A DNA stretch of 58,004 bases, the filler included, from Sphacelaria rigidula (Eukaryota), in NCBI GenBank assembly GCA_964200075.2. It is 9 parts of 9 records of this genome, joined end to end, with 100 filler letters (N's around TTAATTAATTAA, not from the genome) between each part and the next. Parts side by side here need not be neighbours in the genome. Positions count along the whole stretch, not along the records: positions 1 to 6,356 come from CAXNAA020020568.1; positions 6,457 to 12,812 come from CAXNAA020020569.1; 7 more parts are not named here. One strand, 5' to 3'. The first letter of the stretch is position 1; every line of letters starts with the position of its first letter. This document shows positions 1 to 12,224 of this stretch, piece after piece. Both the position numbers and the translations under genes were made by a program. The notes beneath the pieces were generated by a model. It did no database searches, had not been told where the DNA came from, and worked only from the letters and a program-made list of their open reading frames with translations.

Positions 1-101
1 ACAATAGTCGCAATAGGCCTTTACTTTATGCAGTACGTTTCTTGTCTATTGCATCTATTGACCATATACTGTCCAAGGTGTGATATATATCAAGGATTCA
101 C

Positions 102-309
102 CTCTTTGTCAGTGTACAATCTTTGACCCTGCTCATCCCGCCAGATCCCATCTGCCCCCCTCCCTCCACCAACCCCAGCTATGGCGCCGGTCCCCGCACG
201 CGCCGCGCAACACGGGCTCTCTCCCAAGCCCGCGCACTGGTGGTGGTGCTGCTGTTGTCGATGGTGATGAACGGGCTGGGGTTGTTGTAAAATCAATTGT
301 TGTTGTTGT

Positions 310-352
<43 letters not shown>

Positions 353-748
353 GTTGTCGTTGATGATGCTGCTGTTGGTGTTGCGCCGACACAGTCCATG
401 GAGACGAGGAGGACACCTGGCCAGGACGGGCGACACCGACCTCGTCGCAGCCCGCGACATTCAACGCGCCCATCGGCAAGGTATCCACGCCCCCGCCGCC
501 CATTATCTGCAGCTGCTGTTGGCCACCGCCAGCACCATTGCCGCTCACACCTTCGGCACCAACGGCAGATGCCGCACTCATCCCCAAAGACATGGTGCCG
601 AAGCGGCTCATGGCGTCGTCGAGGTCGTGATCAACCACAGTGGCGGCATCTGGAGGGTACTGACGAAGGTGGGGGTGGTCCACATTCCACCCAGACTGGT
701 CCTCTTGCCGGCGCTCATGGTTGTCCATTGTTACAACTGCGTGCTCTG
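102..748 (-). CDS. Probable exon of an unknown poly-Q/His/Gly-rich protein
   Basis: ORF 90..773(-) reads as natural protein (MDNHERRQEDQSGWNVDHPHLRQYPPDAA...DDAMSRFGTMSLG...Q-tract). It is bounded by a candidate acceptor ttatttatacAG (749-750) and donor GAG|GTGAAT (101). Confidence 0.6.
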
Positions 749-1663
749 CTGTATAAATAAGGTCGTAAGCCAAGGAAACGTTACATTGAATTCAGTCGGG
801 AGGGACAAGGGAAAGTGTGTTAGAGCGTCAGTCGTAGCGTGGAGGGAGAAGTACGCCCTACACCTCCTTTTCGCATGCTCACAACTTTATTTTGAAATTA
901 GCGTGGGAATTTTTGCGCACCTGATATATCCCATATTACGGCAATTTTATGGGGAACATCGGGCGCGCGTGAGCCGAAAACACGTCGCCGATAGGTGGGA
1001 ACATCCTACCCGCTGCAGACTGGGGATACGCGGAGTATTGCGCGCAATTTCCGCACTGGGACTGCTCTGACCCACGGCCTTCTTTTCAAAACTCAAGAGC
1101 GAAAAAAATAGGGCTGCGCACTGGGCCAGTTAATGTCGTAGAGATGAAAAAAAAGAAGCGTGACTTAAATACGGTCGGATGCTTGATGCGTATCTGCCAA
1201 ACGTCGAACCCCAATTGCCCGTTGCGTACATGGTAAAGAACGTTCTCAACATAATGTAGGACATTCTCATTACACCTCGAAGTGATAGAGCGGATATATG
1301 CCACAAGGGTTGTCCTTTCATTGCACGACATACCAAACCATAAATGATAGATGGTGACCTGCAACCCCAGAACACACAATACAACGTGGCTTGCTGTTCA
1401 ACTTCATGCGTGTTTTTTGGTCCAGACGTGGGCAATTTTGCACTCTCATCCATCCATCCCCTCGTGCTGCCAGCCTTGGCTTACTTGTCCCCATCCCTCA
1501 CTCCCCCCCCCCCCCCCCTTTTTGTTTGCGGGCCGGTTTCGGGGAAAAACCCCGCCACCCGCGGGGGTGTTTTTGAGGCNNNNNNNNNNTTTTGGGCCCG
1601 ACGGGGGCCATTTTTCCCTCCTCCCCCTCCCTCCCCCCGCTGGGCCACCCTTGGTTTACTTGT

Positions 1664-1694
<31 letters not shown>

Positions 1695-4600
1695 TTTGTG
1701 TTGTCGGGCTGATACGGAGTAACACCCCGTTCATCGAGGAGGTGTTTATGGCCACATATGGCCGGTTTTTCGGCTGTGGCCGATGAATATCGAGAAAACA
1801 GAGAAACTGAACCCGCGGAATTTTCATCATGACGATCTGACCCCGTTCGGTCGAGCCAAAATATCAAAGAGCGAAATCGGGGGCTGTACACTCGTAGGGC
1901 TCCCAAAGACCGGTGAGTCCGTGTTTCGTTCAAAATGGTCGTAGGATTTTTTCTTCCGGAATCTTGTTTCGGGTACACATGTCTCTCAATTCCTAGAAGT
2001 TTGGAATCAGAGAGAAAAGGTGATGGGTCGTGGTGACCTCAAAAACTGAAAAAAATCGGTTCTAATCGAAAATGTGATTTTTTTTTCAAGTTTGACTAGT
2101 ATCGATAATTTTCGAATCGCTCACCACGTTGGGTGAGATTTTAATGACATTTAAGCGTCCTTGCTCCCTCATGTGAGGGCTCACATTTTTTTTTTTAACA
2201 ATTACCAAGGATTTTTAAGGGGAAATCAAAAGCCAAACATCACCATTTTTCTTGCTTTTGGCGGCGCTCCCGCGAGGCCCTCACCGGCCGGGGAGGGGGG
2301 GACTGTTTGCCCTTAATCGGCTTCTCCGATCAAGTGGGAAAACAACGATTAACTGGCTGTTGGCGTAGCGGGCTCAAACTCAACTGACCCTGACCCTGAA
2401 TCCGACCGAGGTATGCGAGAACTCGCGGGCAAGGAGGCTGCAAAGGTTGCTCTAAGCAAAGTATGCGTTGCAGTGGACATGAACACATTTTGGGCAAGCC
2501 ATAATATTAACACACTGGACTGTCAGCTACTCTGATCCGAATATTGGTGTTTATTTTAAAACCAAGTGATCAACCATTCCAACGACCAAGTCGTAAGCTG
2601 TAGCATGAGAGCGTGTCTCAGCCCCCCTTTTTTTTTATCACACCAAAAAATGCGGTGGAATCGATTTGAGCGAATTCCTTCATTTTCTGCTAGTTGGTTT
2701 GAAGCGAATTTGCAAAGCTTTCCATCGCAAGAATATCAAGAAATTCGTGAAGCGCCACTTGTTCGCTCGTCTACACTACGGACGGTACACTGTTACACTA
2801 TACCGTTTGCACATAGAGTGGCTGTGTGTGTATGTGTGTGTGTACGCGCGCGCGCGTGTGTGCGTGTTTCGTACGGTAGGATGTGGAAGAGAAGCGGGCA
2901 ACTTGCAGTACAGACGGCACTCGACTATCTGCACTCTCCACTTACAATGCGACGTCAAAAGTAGTTGAACAATGTGCAGCTTTGTAGTGCCTGTTTTGTA
3001 CATGAGCGTGTACGCAAGTGGGTCGTCCACCGTACTACGCAGTTCCGTCACCGATCCCAACCATGAAAGAAGATGCCCAAGTTTTCGCCAAAAATAAACG
3101 CATCACACCCAGCTACTGCAGTGTACATATCTCTGTGTTCGACTCGTGTTCTATGCTGCAGGGTTGTGGAGGAAGTTGAGAATGAGTTTTGTGGGGTTTG
3201 CATGGTTCTGTGGACGGGTGATATATGGCGTGGTGGTCTGCAAGATAGGAGTCAAGTGCCCCTTCGTACCTGTTACTACAAATGTTTTCGTTTGAAAAAG
3301 CCCAGCTCAGCAGCGCTGTTCCTTTTCCAGAATATGGAAGGGTGAGCCGCGGAGACGTGTCATAATTTGTACGCTATGTTGATTGATTTAATTTGATTGA
3401 TTGATTGTCGTAGTTTGACTGACCCCCCAGGTAGTCATGATCCAGCCGTGGTCACATGATAGACGTACCAAAGAAAAACAAAACTGAAACACTCGCTGAG
3501 AAAAAAAAGATAAACAGAAAAAAACGTAGAATAGAACAACATCGTAGACTAAGACGTAAAAAACAAAATCAAATGAATGAATAAAAAAACAAAAAAAATA
3601 AAAAGAAGAAGTGGCCGGTCTCTGCCACACGGCTTCGGCGTACAAGGTCTTGCGCAGGACCACACTCATACCCAGTCGTGGAAAACAAAAGGCGGTGGAG
3701 AGGAAAAGGCAACATTGAACCAGTCATGTTCCGTAGTTTGAATCATCTTGCGCTCAGAGGAGAGGTCATCGCGGGAAGAGGGGTGGGCACCATCAGCACG
3801 GGCAGCTGACTCAACAGGCGACTTGCAGTGGTGGTGAAAGCCGCTCGACGCATGAGGAACACGTCACTGCGCAGATTGCAAGTGTTCCCTACTTGAAACA
3901 TGCCCTTCTCCAGGAGTACACGGCGAAGTTCGTGCTGAGTTCTCTACATGCGGGCCTCACCACGTGCTGTCTGTGTACTTCTTACTGTACCCTGTGAAGC
4001 AGGCGTGTACCCAGTTCGAATGCCGGGGGTATGCCGGCGGAAAAAATAGCAATTTCCTCTGTCGCCTGGGGGGTACCTGAATCAAGTGTGCGTTTGCCCT
4101 ACGTGGCGCGCGCCCCCTCCGTCAAAATGGGTGGCCGTACCTTCAACGAAGCGATATAGAAACACGCAGGAGATGGCGTGACATCACCAAAATATGCATG
4201 TACAAACCCCATGCGGCCGTACTTGAAGTTGGTACCGGGATAATACCCAATTCTGCGCACCCCCCCCCCAAAAAAAAAGAGAGAGTGTTTCGGAACATAA
4301 TCTGACTTCTCTTGACCTCGTCGCGCACTGCTGCAACATTCAACCCCAAATCGGGGCAAATAGGCTTGTTGGCCATGGTTTATATGACATGCGGCCGAAG
4401 TTTCGGCGCGCTGCAACGCCGACAGCGTGCGTACGACCGTGCCTACCGAATTGAGCACCTCCAGAGGCGATGCCCGCACGATTATGTAAATGTTATCATC
4501 CAGAGGGTGTCCCAGTACAGATCTATGATTGCTTGCGGGCACGGCACCCCCCCCCTAGCTGCTCATCATGTGTTAGTGAGTGCACCAGCGTGTCTAGATA

Positions 4601-4730
4601 TGCGTTCACTCGCGGTGTACGAACTCTGGGCTGCGAGAGAGCTGATTAGAGGGCGTATCGTCGGTATTGCCGGGGATCCAAGTAATCGTTTTCTTCAACT
4701 TGTCTGCACGCCCTTGAGTACCGCCGAACC

Positions 4731-5940
4731 AAATCGGGGGAGATGCGGGAGTATCCCGATCTGAGCAGAAAGGTGATGAATCAAAAGTCAACGTCCAGAG
4801 AATCGGAGAATTGATCTAGTTTCCTCAAAGCTAGCCGAAAAACAATGCCAAACAGACTGGGGTCCGAAAAATCAATCCACGGGAGGAAATTCCCTGTAGA
4901 CGGGCTGAAGTCTTCATAGTAGCACAAATATGGATTGGTTGCCACAAAAATGGTCTTATATTTTCGAAACTCAGATCCGTGGGGTCTGTTTCATAATCTC
5001 ACAGATTCGTGAAATAGTTCTGTATACGGACAGTCATTTTCTGCACAAGTGTGGTATCGCGGATTCGTGAAGCCGAAGAGCAGGCAGGCGGTGAAAGATC
5101 CTCCGAGTATAGTATCGTACCGTGGTACCCGAGGGCAATACATTGCAGCACACTTCATCACATAGCATGATAATGCTGTGTGGTGATACATGATGGGGCA
5201 GTCGGTATTGCGAGAACACGTAACAGTGCGCGAGAAGAGTTCAGAAGTGCGGTGCCACACATCACCCGGCAAGTACAGCGAACAGACTAGGATAGTACAG
5301 TACCGTTCGTTATGGTGATGCATGCGGCAGCGCAGTGCAGCATGAAATATTACCATTGCCGCTGGATACAGCGTCAACACTTTTTATCCGCATGCCAAAC
5401 CCCGTGCGGAGCTACTGCAGCAGCTGGCGCGGGCATGCACACGCCCTGCGCTGTCACGAGGTTGTCCGCTGCTGCGGCTGCAAAAATATCAAACGCCCCT
5501 TACCCTATCACCGTACGTCATATTTCTCGAAATCGTGAGGCCTTACCGTAGCTTCGCGAAAAATCGGGAAAATATTCTCAAATCGTGACATCCCACAGTA
5601 CGCTTCCCCGATTTGGTCTAGATTGGGGTTCATGAGATGAGTTTCCAGATTTTAGGTCCCCCGATCTGTGAACAAATCGAGATAGGTGATGCCCATAAAT
5701 GTTGGTCTTTAATTTCTTCGTCTCTAAGACCAACGTTCATGTGAACCAATCTGTGTTTGTACAAATATGAGGATTTCAGCACGTCTACAGGCGATTTTCT
5801 CCCGTGGATTGACTTTCTCGACCCCAGTCTTATCGGCTAGCTGTGAGGGCACCAGATCAGTTCTCCGATTCTCTGGACGTTGACTTTCGGCATATCACCT
5901 TTGTGCTCAAACGGGGACACTCCCGTATCACCCCCGATTT
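4731..5940. mobile_element. Non-autonomous element with ~230-bp terminal inverted repeats
   Basis: 4731-4960 (aaatcgggggagatgcgggagt...aaagtcaacgtccagagaatcggagaa...aatcaatccacggga) is the diverged reverse complement of 5720-5940 (...ttctccgattctctggacgttgacttt...tcccgtatcacccccgattt). A further partial arm copy lies at 5990-6073. No coding signal inside. Confidence 0.7.
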
Positions 5941-6072
5941 TTGAAAAAAACGTTCTCTCACAGCTACTTGTAGCTGAAAAAATTGCGCAACGGACTGGGG
6001 TCCGGAAAATCAATCCACGAGAGAAAGCCACCTGTACACGGGCTGAAATCCTCATATTTGTACAAATACAGA

Positions 6073-6356
6073 TTGTGTTGTGTTGCGTTGTCGTCCCATC
6101 TATTCTGGGCGCCAGTCTACACCTTTCGGTATATGTGGGCGCATCAGCCGGGGTCACACAGGAGGAGGGTCAACACAGGAGTTTTTATTTTGTTTGTTTT
6201 CAATACCCCACCTTCCCTCTGCGGTGCTTGCCTTTTTATTTTTTATCGCGAGAGGGGTTCAACAGTCCCTTTCCCTCGTCGACCGTTAAGTCGAATTTTG
6301 TGTACCCACGCTACAGTCGCTCTCTACTGTTTGGCATTGTTTAACAAAAGATCCCA
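6073..6356 (-). mobile_element. SINE family A copy (head cut off by contig end)
   Basis: Matches 25825-25909, 28481-28702 and 44686-45010. It ends in an (ACAAC)n-like tail on the minus strand. Confidence 0.8.
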
Positions 6357-6456
6357 NNNNNNNNNNNNNNNNNNNNNNNNNNNNNNNNNNNNNNNNNNNN
6401 TTAATTAATTAANNNNNNNNNNNNNNNNNNNNNNNNNNNNNNNNNNNNNNNNNNNN
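6357..6456. other. Artificial contig linker
   Basis: N44-TTAATTAATTAA-N44; the core has stop codons in all six frames. Confidence 0.98.
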
Positions 6457-6538
6457 TTTTGCTGCCACGTTGGTTCTAATTGTTACGGTAATTGCGATTA
6501 GGTGGGCGGTAGTCGCACATGCGTTTTTACCGTCGGCG

Positions 6539-7743
6539 TCACGCGGGTTCATTGTCCTGCAATTCAGGGTTCATTAGATCAAAGGCATTGATGCATGGAC
6601 TGTCGCAGTCGCACATACTGTGGCCGTGAACACTACAGTTGATGCAACTGTGGGCATGACTGCTGAATGCATTACGTCTAGCGGAAGATAAAAGAAGTGG
6701 GTTCCACAAATGGGGGTCATCGGTAATGAATGCCGTTGTTGAAGTCAAATAAATATCATCCCAAGTTTTCTCGGAAAACGGCCAACCATCAAGGCTCTGG
6801 TACTCTGAACATGCATAAGTGAACCGGCGACCGAGTTGGGCGTCCATGAAACGCGAGACGAGCTCGAATTCCTGCCCCGAGCCCCTTGGGCATAAGCGGA
6901 GGACACAACCGTAGGTTGTTAACGCACAGACGTAGAAAGTTTGCCACATATGGCGGGCGTCAGATTACCCTCTTGGTATACAAAAGCAGGCCACATAGTA
7001 TCAACGGAGGCGTAAGGCACCTCGCGATGCGCCAAGACACCCGGAAACAACGACGGCACCAGAGCCGGATACTATTGAGCAACGCCATTGCGAACATAAG
7101 TCTGACATATTGCATCGCTCGGTCCGTTTTGGCGTCCGACACCCGTAGTACCCGAAACCAAAAGCTTAAATTCGCGGAGATAATCTCCGAGGGGAACATC
7201 CGATGCGACGACAAAAATACTTAGCTTTTGGATGACGCTGGCCTGGTAACTTTTGTCGAAGTAGCCAATTAAACGCCTCTCCAAATCAGAGAGTAATACT
7301 GGGCCTGTCTTCCCCTCGGCACGGTCCGGATCCATTTCGGCGAGGAAGTCATCGGGAATCTGCGTTAAAGAAGCAGCGATGTCGGGAGAGCGGCGGCTGA
7401 TGGATCGATGCAATGCTTTGTGCAAGGGAGTCTGCCAGCCCTCTACACAGTCGGAGTCTTCGAAACGTTGAGTGCCAGTCGCATCCGTCAAGTGAAGGAT
7501 GTTACAAACAGTACAGCGAATGGACGTGATAAGAGCAGAAGTAAACTGGCCCGAATCTTCGTTATCCGCAGCAGGCACTGTTTTAATGTGCCAGAGGTGT
7601 TTCACATCCATCTGAGGATACTGCCTCTGTATTACAGCTACTCGGGCAGACTCAGCTCTATCGGAAGCTGCTTTTTTACTAGCTACGGAACGTTCTTTGT
7701 CAGCCGCAGCGGTTGCTAAAGCGCGGGCTGCAGTAGAAGACAA
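6539..7743 (-). pseudogene. gag: Gag capsid and nucleocapsid (stop/frameshift interrupted)
   Basis: ORF 7072..7743 has an MHR-like segment (QKLSIFVVASDVPLGDYLREFKLLV). ORF 6539..6949 has CINCSVHGHSMCDC, a CX2CX4HX4C knuckle. Confidence 0.75.
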
Positions 7744-8318
7744 AGGACGGTCAGGTGTGTCCGTATCGGATAAACCTAAAATGAGAGCCGAAAATCAGCC
7801 AATTTAGGGATCACTTGCCTGGGGGTCGCCGGACCCGAGGGGGAAAGGTCTGTACCGGACCGATTCCAGCCGGTTGCGGAAGATCCGCAAGAATTACCTC
7901 CGTATTTTTAGCGGGGCGGGTTGCGGGGGTTGCGAGCCGGGAGGCTCGGTCCGGAACCGCCCGAAGAAGATCCCCCATCGCCATGGCGGCGGCGTGAACC
8001 TCCGCCATCGTTGTCGTCGTCATCTCGCCGGTGGTTCTTCTTCTATCCCCGGCAGTTGGTGATTGCGGGAGTTCATTCATCTTCATCTTCGTCTCCGTCG
8101 GCGATGGTTGCGCCGGGATGAGGGTTGTAAGCGACGCGGAGCGCCGCAAAAAGTCTGGTGACAGCGTCAACGTAAGTCTGGTGATCCGAGTGATCGCCGA
8201 CGGTCGTTTGAAGGACTAGTTGGCCCAAGGTGAGCACCGATACGCCCTCATTGGGGAAGAAGCCGCCCTGGTCCACGTAAACACCAACGGCCTAGAGCAT
8301 TCGCGGCGAAATTAGTGT

Positions 8319-9305
8319 CTATGCTTCGCGGGTGTAATGAAGGTGGTTGCTGCGACGGAAAGGACCTGTATGGTCGGCCGTGGAACGAGAGAGCCAATCT
8401 CGTTCGTGGGGTGCCAGTTGCAGACCTTGGGTAGGGGCGGCATTCGCCGCCGAGCTAGCTCCTCGAGGTGTTTGTGTTGGGGCCGTCGTGGGTACGGCAG
8501 TGGCCGCGGCGGCGTACGGCTGTTGGTCAGCTTTACGTGGGGTTTTGTAGGATGGCTGATCAGTCTTGAGCGGGGCCGCTTGGGTCGAAGGCTGGCGAGG
8601 AGGACGGGCACTGAGCAAGTCGCTGGCGGAAGGCGGGGAGGCTTGATGGTTTGAGAAGCGCGCCACCGACGTAGCCGCTTCTTGAGCCGTCCGTCGGACA
8701 CGATCTTCCAGCTCGCGCACTCGTCTCTGAGCCGCCATGTCTGCAGTACGACCTTCGTGAAGCGCTCGTTGGGCAGCCGTACTCGTGCACTGAGCGTTGG
8801 AGGCCTGCCGCTGGAGATCCTTTTGCTTCTCAGCGTGTTCCACCAGAAGGAGGCGGGCAGCGGCGCCGTCAACGTTTCGTTGTTGATCGAGTATGTCTTG
8901 CGCGAGTGCTGGTGCTTGTGAGGCGTAGTCGTCAATGAGCTGCAGCTGCTCCGCGCGGGGGCGGTTTCTGAACAGCCTCAAGAGGAGGCCAGTCGGGCAG
9001 CGCTCGTCGCCGAGCGGAGGGAGAGCCTCCACAGATGGGGGCGAGCGCACGGGGGCATCCTCGACCAGGCCATGGGTTGGACCACTGTCGGCGTCCGTGT
9101 CAACCGCAGACGGGGCGGCGGCGGTTGCAGGAGCCGTCGTGGGGGCGGCAGAAGGCACAGCGGTCAAGGTAGCGGCGGCGGCAGCGGCAGGTATTACGGA
9201 AGCAGTAGCTGCAGGAACGCCAGTGGGCTCCGTGGTCATCGCGGCGGCAGCGGCATCGGATCTTGAAGTGTCCATTGTTAGTAGTTGTCGCTCGAGGTAT
9301 GTCAA
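8319..9305 (-). CDS. Ala/Pro-rich and coiled-coil ORF upstream of the Gag core (retroelement-encoded)
   Basis: 328-aa ORF with a heptad-like helical stretch (EQLQLIDDYASQAPALAQDILDQQRNVDGAAARLLLVEHAEKQKDLQRQ...RVRELEDRVRR), on the same strand as gag. Confidence 0.5.
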   Translation of the reverse strand: MTYLERQLLTMDTSRSDAAAAAMTTEPTGVPAATASVIPAAAAAATLTAVPSAAPTTAPATAAAPSAVDTDADSGPTHGLVEDAPVRSPPSVEALPPLGDERCPTGLLLRLFRNRPRAEQLQLIDDYASQAPALAQDILDQQRNVDGAAARLLLVEHAEKQKDLQRQASNAQCTSTAAQRALHEGRTADMAAQRRVRELEDRVRRTAQEAATSVARFSNHQASPPSASDLLSARPPRQPSTQAAPLKTDQPSYKTPRKADQQPYAAAATAVPTTAPTQTPRGASSAANAAPTQGLQLAPHERDWLSRSTADHTGPFRRSNHLHYTREA

Positions 9306-10945
9306 TCATTGTTGACGAGAACGAACAATCGCAGCATTGGAGCGGGACGGTGGTTCGCGGTCAGTGCGGGGTCGTCGGTTTTGCGATGAGGTGCGGCCGG
9401 ATCCTCAATTGAGGATTCCAGAGCCGGTGACATGTCCGAAAATATGTTTTGGATATCATCAGCATGTACAGTGTTATCATTGCGTACATGACGGCGGCGT
9501 GACAGATGCGGAGCAGGAGGGATGCGCGCGGTTGCATGATCGGTGTTTTTCGAGCGCGAGTGAACGCGCAAAGAACCTGATCTGTGCCGCGAATCATCCT
9601 CGTGGGTACGATCATGGTTGGCATTCACCGGGCGCTTCGGAGCGCGCAATGAACTGGAACTATGGCGTGAACTACCGTCATATGTGCGACCATGAGCGAC
9701 ATTCTTCGAGCGTGTAAAAACGCGCGATGAATTCACGCTTTGCCGGGAATTGCCCTTAGAACTGCCAGAACGGGAGACATGGTCGTGACCAACTGTTGGT
9801 GTGCGGCGCCGGTCAGAAGTGCGAGCAAGACTCTGGTTTGACGTTGAGGAGGGGCTGGACTCATGTTCGTTGAATTTTGCATGAGTGACGAACGGAGGAC
9901 GCGATGTCGCCGATCGGGGGGCCAAACGTACGGGTTTGGGCGTGGCAGGTGCAGAACCATCGTTGAATTGCACGTGAGCAGACACCGATTGGTCTTGGAG
10001 CGTGGCCTGGCAAAAGGCCGTAAATGCCTCTACGAGAGCTGAAGCTGGCGAGTGCGCCGACGCCGATGAAGTGCGATGCAGAGTCTGCATGGCAGCATGC
10101 ATGGCCGCGACTGCAGGTCCAACATTGGACTGCGCAGTAGGGCGCACGGGACTATCGAGAGTCGTGCGATGGGAGTCCGTAACGGAAGCAGTCCGCGTGA
10201 CAAAGTTTCTCGCTTCAGAAGTGATACGCTTCGTCGGGACCGAATCGTCTCGAGAGTTGTCAGCCGTCATGCGACGGGGTGCCACGGTTGAAGCAACCGT
10301 TACAGGGCCAAGCTGGACACGTGTGTCCAGGGGTAACGACTCAGCTGGGGGCACAATCCTGACTTCAGATTCCACATTGGGAATCGGAAGAACAGGACGC
10401 AGCGAGGGGGGCGCTACGGAATCCACCGTTATGGGTTCACTGACATGTCCGTCAGGAACCAATGACTCAGCCGGTAGCACAAGCCTGTTCCCTGAGTCCG
10501 AGTCGGAACGTGAGAGAACAGGTCGCGGCGTCATAGTCTTGTCTTCAAGCCTCGAAGAACGAGCACCGCTCGAAGGTTGGTCTTCAGATCCCGAAGATCG
10601 AACAGCGCTCGCATACGTGCGGCAATGAGTTGGAGGTGACGTGACACTCATATTAAAAGATTCCGAACCGCCAGTGGTTTGACTCCGTGTCCGACGAAGC
10701 GATTGGTTTCCCAATTGAGGGGAAGAGCCAACGTTATTTCTGTGCGACATGATAATCGTACGCAACTTGTGTGCTTGAAAAGGCAGGGGCAGTGTGTCTG
10801 GTCGGCGGGCTCTAATCAAGAGAGTGTGACACGAAGATATGCTAAGTGCAACGGCCGAAGCTTGTATCCGGAAATACGGGATAATGAAGCCTAATAGCGC
10901 CTGGAGGGACCTTGGGACCTGATGAGCGCGAGTAGCATTATTCAA
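9302..10945 (-). CDS. Ser/Arg/Pro-rich disordered ORF with internal peptide repeats (retroelement ORF1 or Gag N-terminal extension)
   Basis: 547-codon open frame, likely starting at MSHRNN (~10750). It contains duplicated peptides (LVLPAESLVPD..EPITVDSVAP / IVPPAESLPLD..GPVTVASTVAP) and ~26-aa H-x-R-T...SRH repeats. Confidence 0.5.
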   Translation of the reverse strand: MNNATRAHQVPRSLQALLGFIIPYFRIQASAVALSISSCHTLLIRARRPDTLPLPFQAHKLRTIIMSHRNNVGSSPQLGNQSLRRTRSQTTGGSESFNMSVTSPPTHCRTYASAVRSSGSEDQPSSGARSSRLEDKTMTPRPVLSRSDSDSGNRLVLPAESLVPDGHVSEPITVDSVAPPSLRPVLPIPNVESEVRIVPPAESLPLDTRVQLGPVTVASTVAPRRMTADNSRDDSVPTKRITSEARNFVTRTASVTDSHRTTLDSPVRPTAQSNVGPAVAAMHAAMQTLHRTSSASAHSPASALVEAFTAFCQATLQDQSVSAHVQFNDGSAPATPKPVRLAPRSATSRPPFVTHAKFNEHESSPSSTSNQSLARTSDRRRTPTVGHDHVSRSGSSKGNSRQSVNSSRVFTRSKNVAHGRTYDGSSRHSSSSLRAPKRPVNANHDRTHEDDSRHRSGSLRVHSRSKNTDHATARIPPAPHLSRRRHVRNDNTVHADDIQNIFSDMSPALESSIEDPAAPHRKTDDPALTANHRPAPMLRLFVLVNND

Positions 10946-11520
10946 GCGAATTGCTGTATGTCACAACAACGTCCGGGATCTGGTTAAGACAACTTACCCA
11001 AGTTGTGGCGGTAATAGCTATCAACGGAAGCTCGGGATTGCGCACAGAACAGACGTAGGACGTCGAAGAAAAGCGAAAATCCAGTTGTCTGTAGCAACGT
11101 TGGTACATGAAAGTCGTACAACTCACACGTGTTCCGGTTGTGGCGTCACGGGCAGACTGTAACTATATTATCCCGGCACAAGCTGAGAAACGACTGGCGG
11201 TGTTCAATGAAATTTGTTCTTGATGAGCACCGAAAGATCGTGCAGCGTAGGGCAGCACAATAGCTTCTACAAAGGTTGGGATGTAGACCGCGAGATCGGA
11301 CCTCGTAATGCACAGGCAAGGCTTGTTACACAACGGAATTGGGACAACGTACGTATGTGCAACAAAGTTGAAGTTGTGCACAGCAGGGGTCACGCTGAGG
11401 GCGGGTGCCGAAAAGAGGTAGTGCAGAGGCAAGGGGCACTGGTTTCGAGTGCTGTCTGCTCCAAGTGAGCACGTAACGTAGGTTTGGAATGTTTCAAACG
11501 AGTATTATCGCAAGGAGACC

Positions 11521-11890
11521 GTCTCGGAACAATAAATTATTGTTCGTTCGAGAGGGAGTCAATGAAAGAAAACTCACAGTTCGTGGAGCTGTGTATTGTT
11601 ACTTATTACTATGATGTACAGCGCTGCTCTACAGCTGTGCGAAGTATACCAGAAGAGCAAAAAACAAACAACATAGCTACGAATAACGTGTATCACGACG
11701 AAACTGTCTCGGAACAATAAACTATTTTTCATCCGAGAGGGGGTCAAATGAGAGAAGACTCACAATTCGTTGTGCTGTGTATTGTTACTTACCACGTTGA
11801 TGTACCGCGCTTCTCTACAGCTGCGCGAATTACACCAGAAGAGAACAACAACAACAAAGTGTCACGAATGACGTATATCACAACGAAACT
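11521..11890. repeat. Two diverged ~185-bp tandem units in the retroelement 5' UTR
   Basis: gtctcggaacaataaa...ctcaca.ttcgt...ctctacagctg.gcgaa...acgaaact occurs at 11521-11705 and 11706-11890. Confidence 0.85.
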
Positions 11891-12224
11891 GAAGTGCCAG
11901 AACGGATACAAATCTCGTGTAAAGATGTCCGTGGTCATCTCTTTGGGAGCACGGGTTGTGTTGCGCAGCGACTTCGTGAACAAAAGATGCAACAGTCGTG
12001 TACAATCGATACTAAAATGTGCCAGCGGCAGATTGCTGACTTGGCAAGGAGCTCAGGTCAGGAACAGCGGCTGACTATGAGCAACAGTGCGCCCTGTGCA
12101 CTGGTGTCCTGTAACAAACTTGTAGTAGAAGACTCTCCTGCCAGAAGGAAGGGGGCAACAAGACCAAATACGCGAGCCAGGGATGGCTGGGCGCGTGATC
12201 GTGCTGTACTGAATCACCAAGGGA

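Noticed and set aside
80..1070. Plus-strand poly-Ala and poly-Leu ORFs
   Set aside because: Antisense shadows of the CAG/CAA tract in the minus-strand exon.
1440..1740. Apparent duplication with poly-C/G runs and Pro/Gly-rich ORFs
   Set aside because: It flanks a 10-N gap. The copies look like low-quality read-through after a homopolymer, an assembly artefact.
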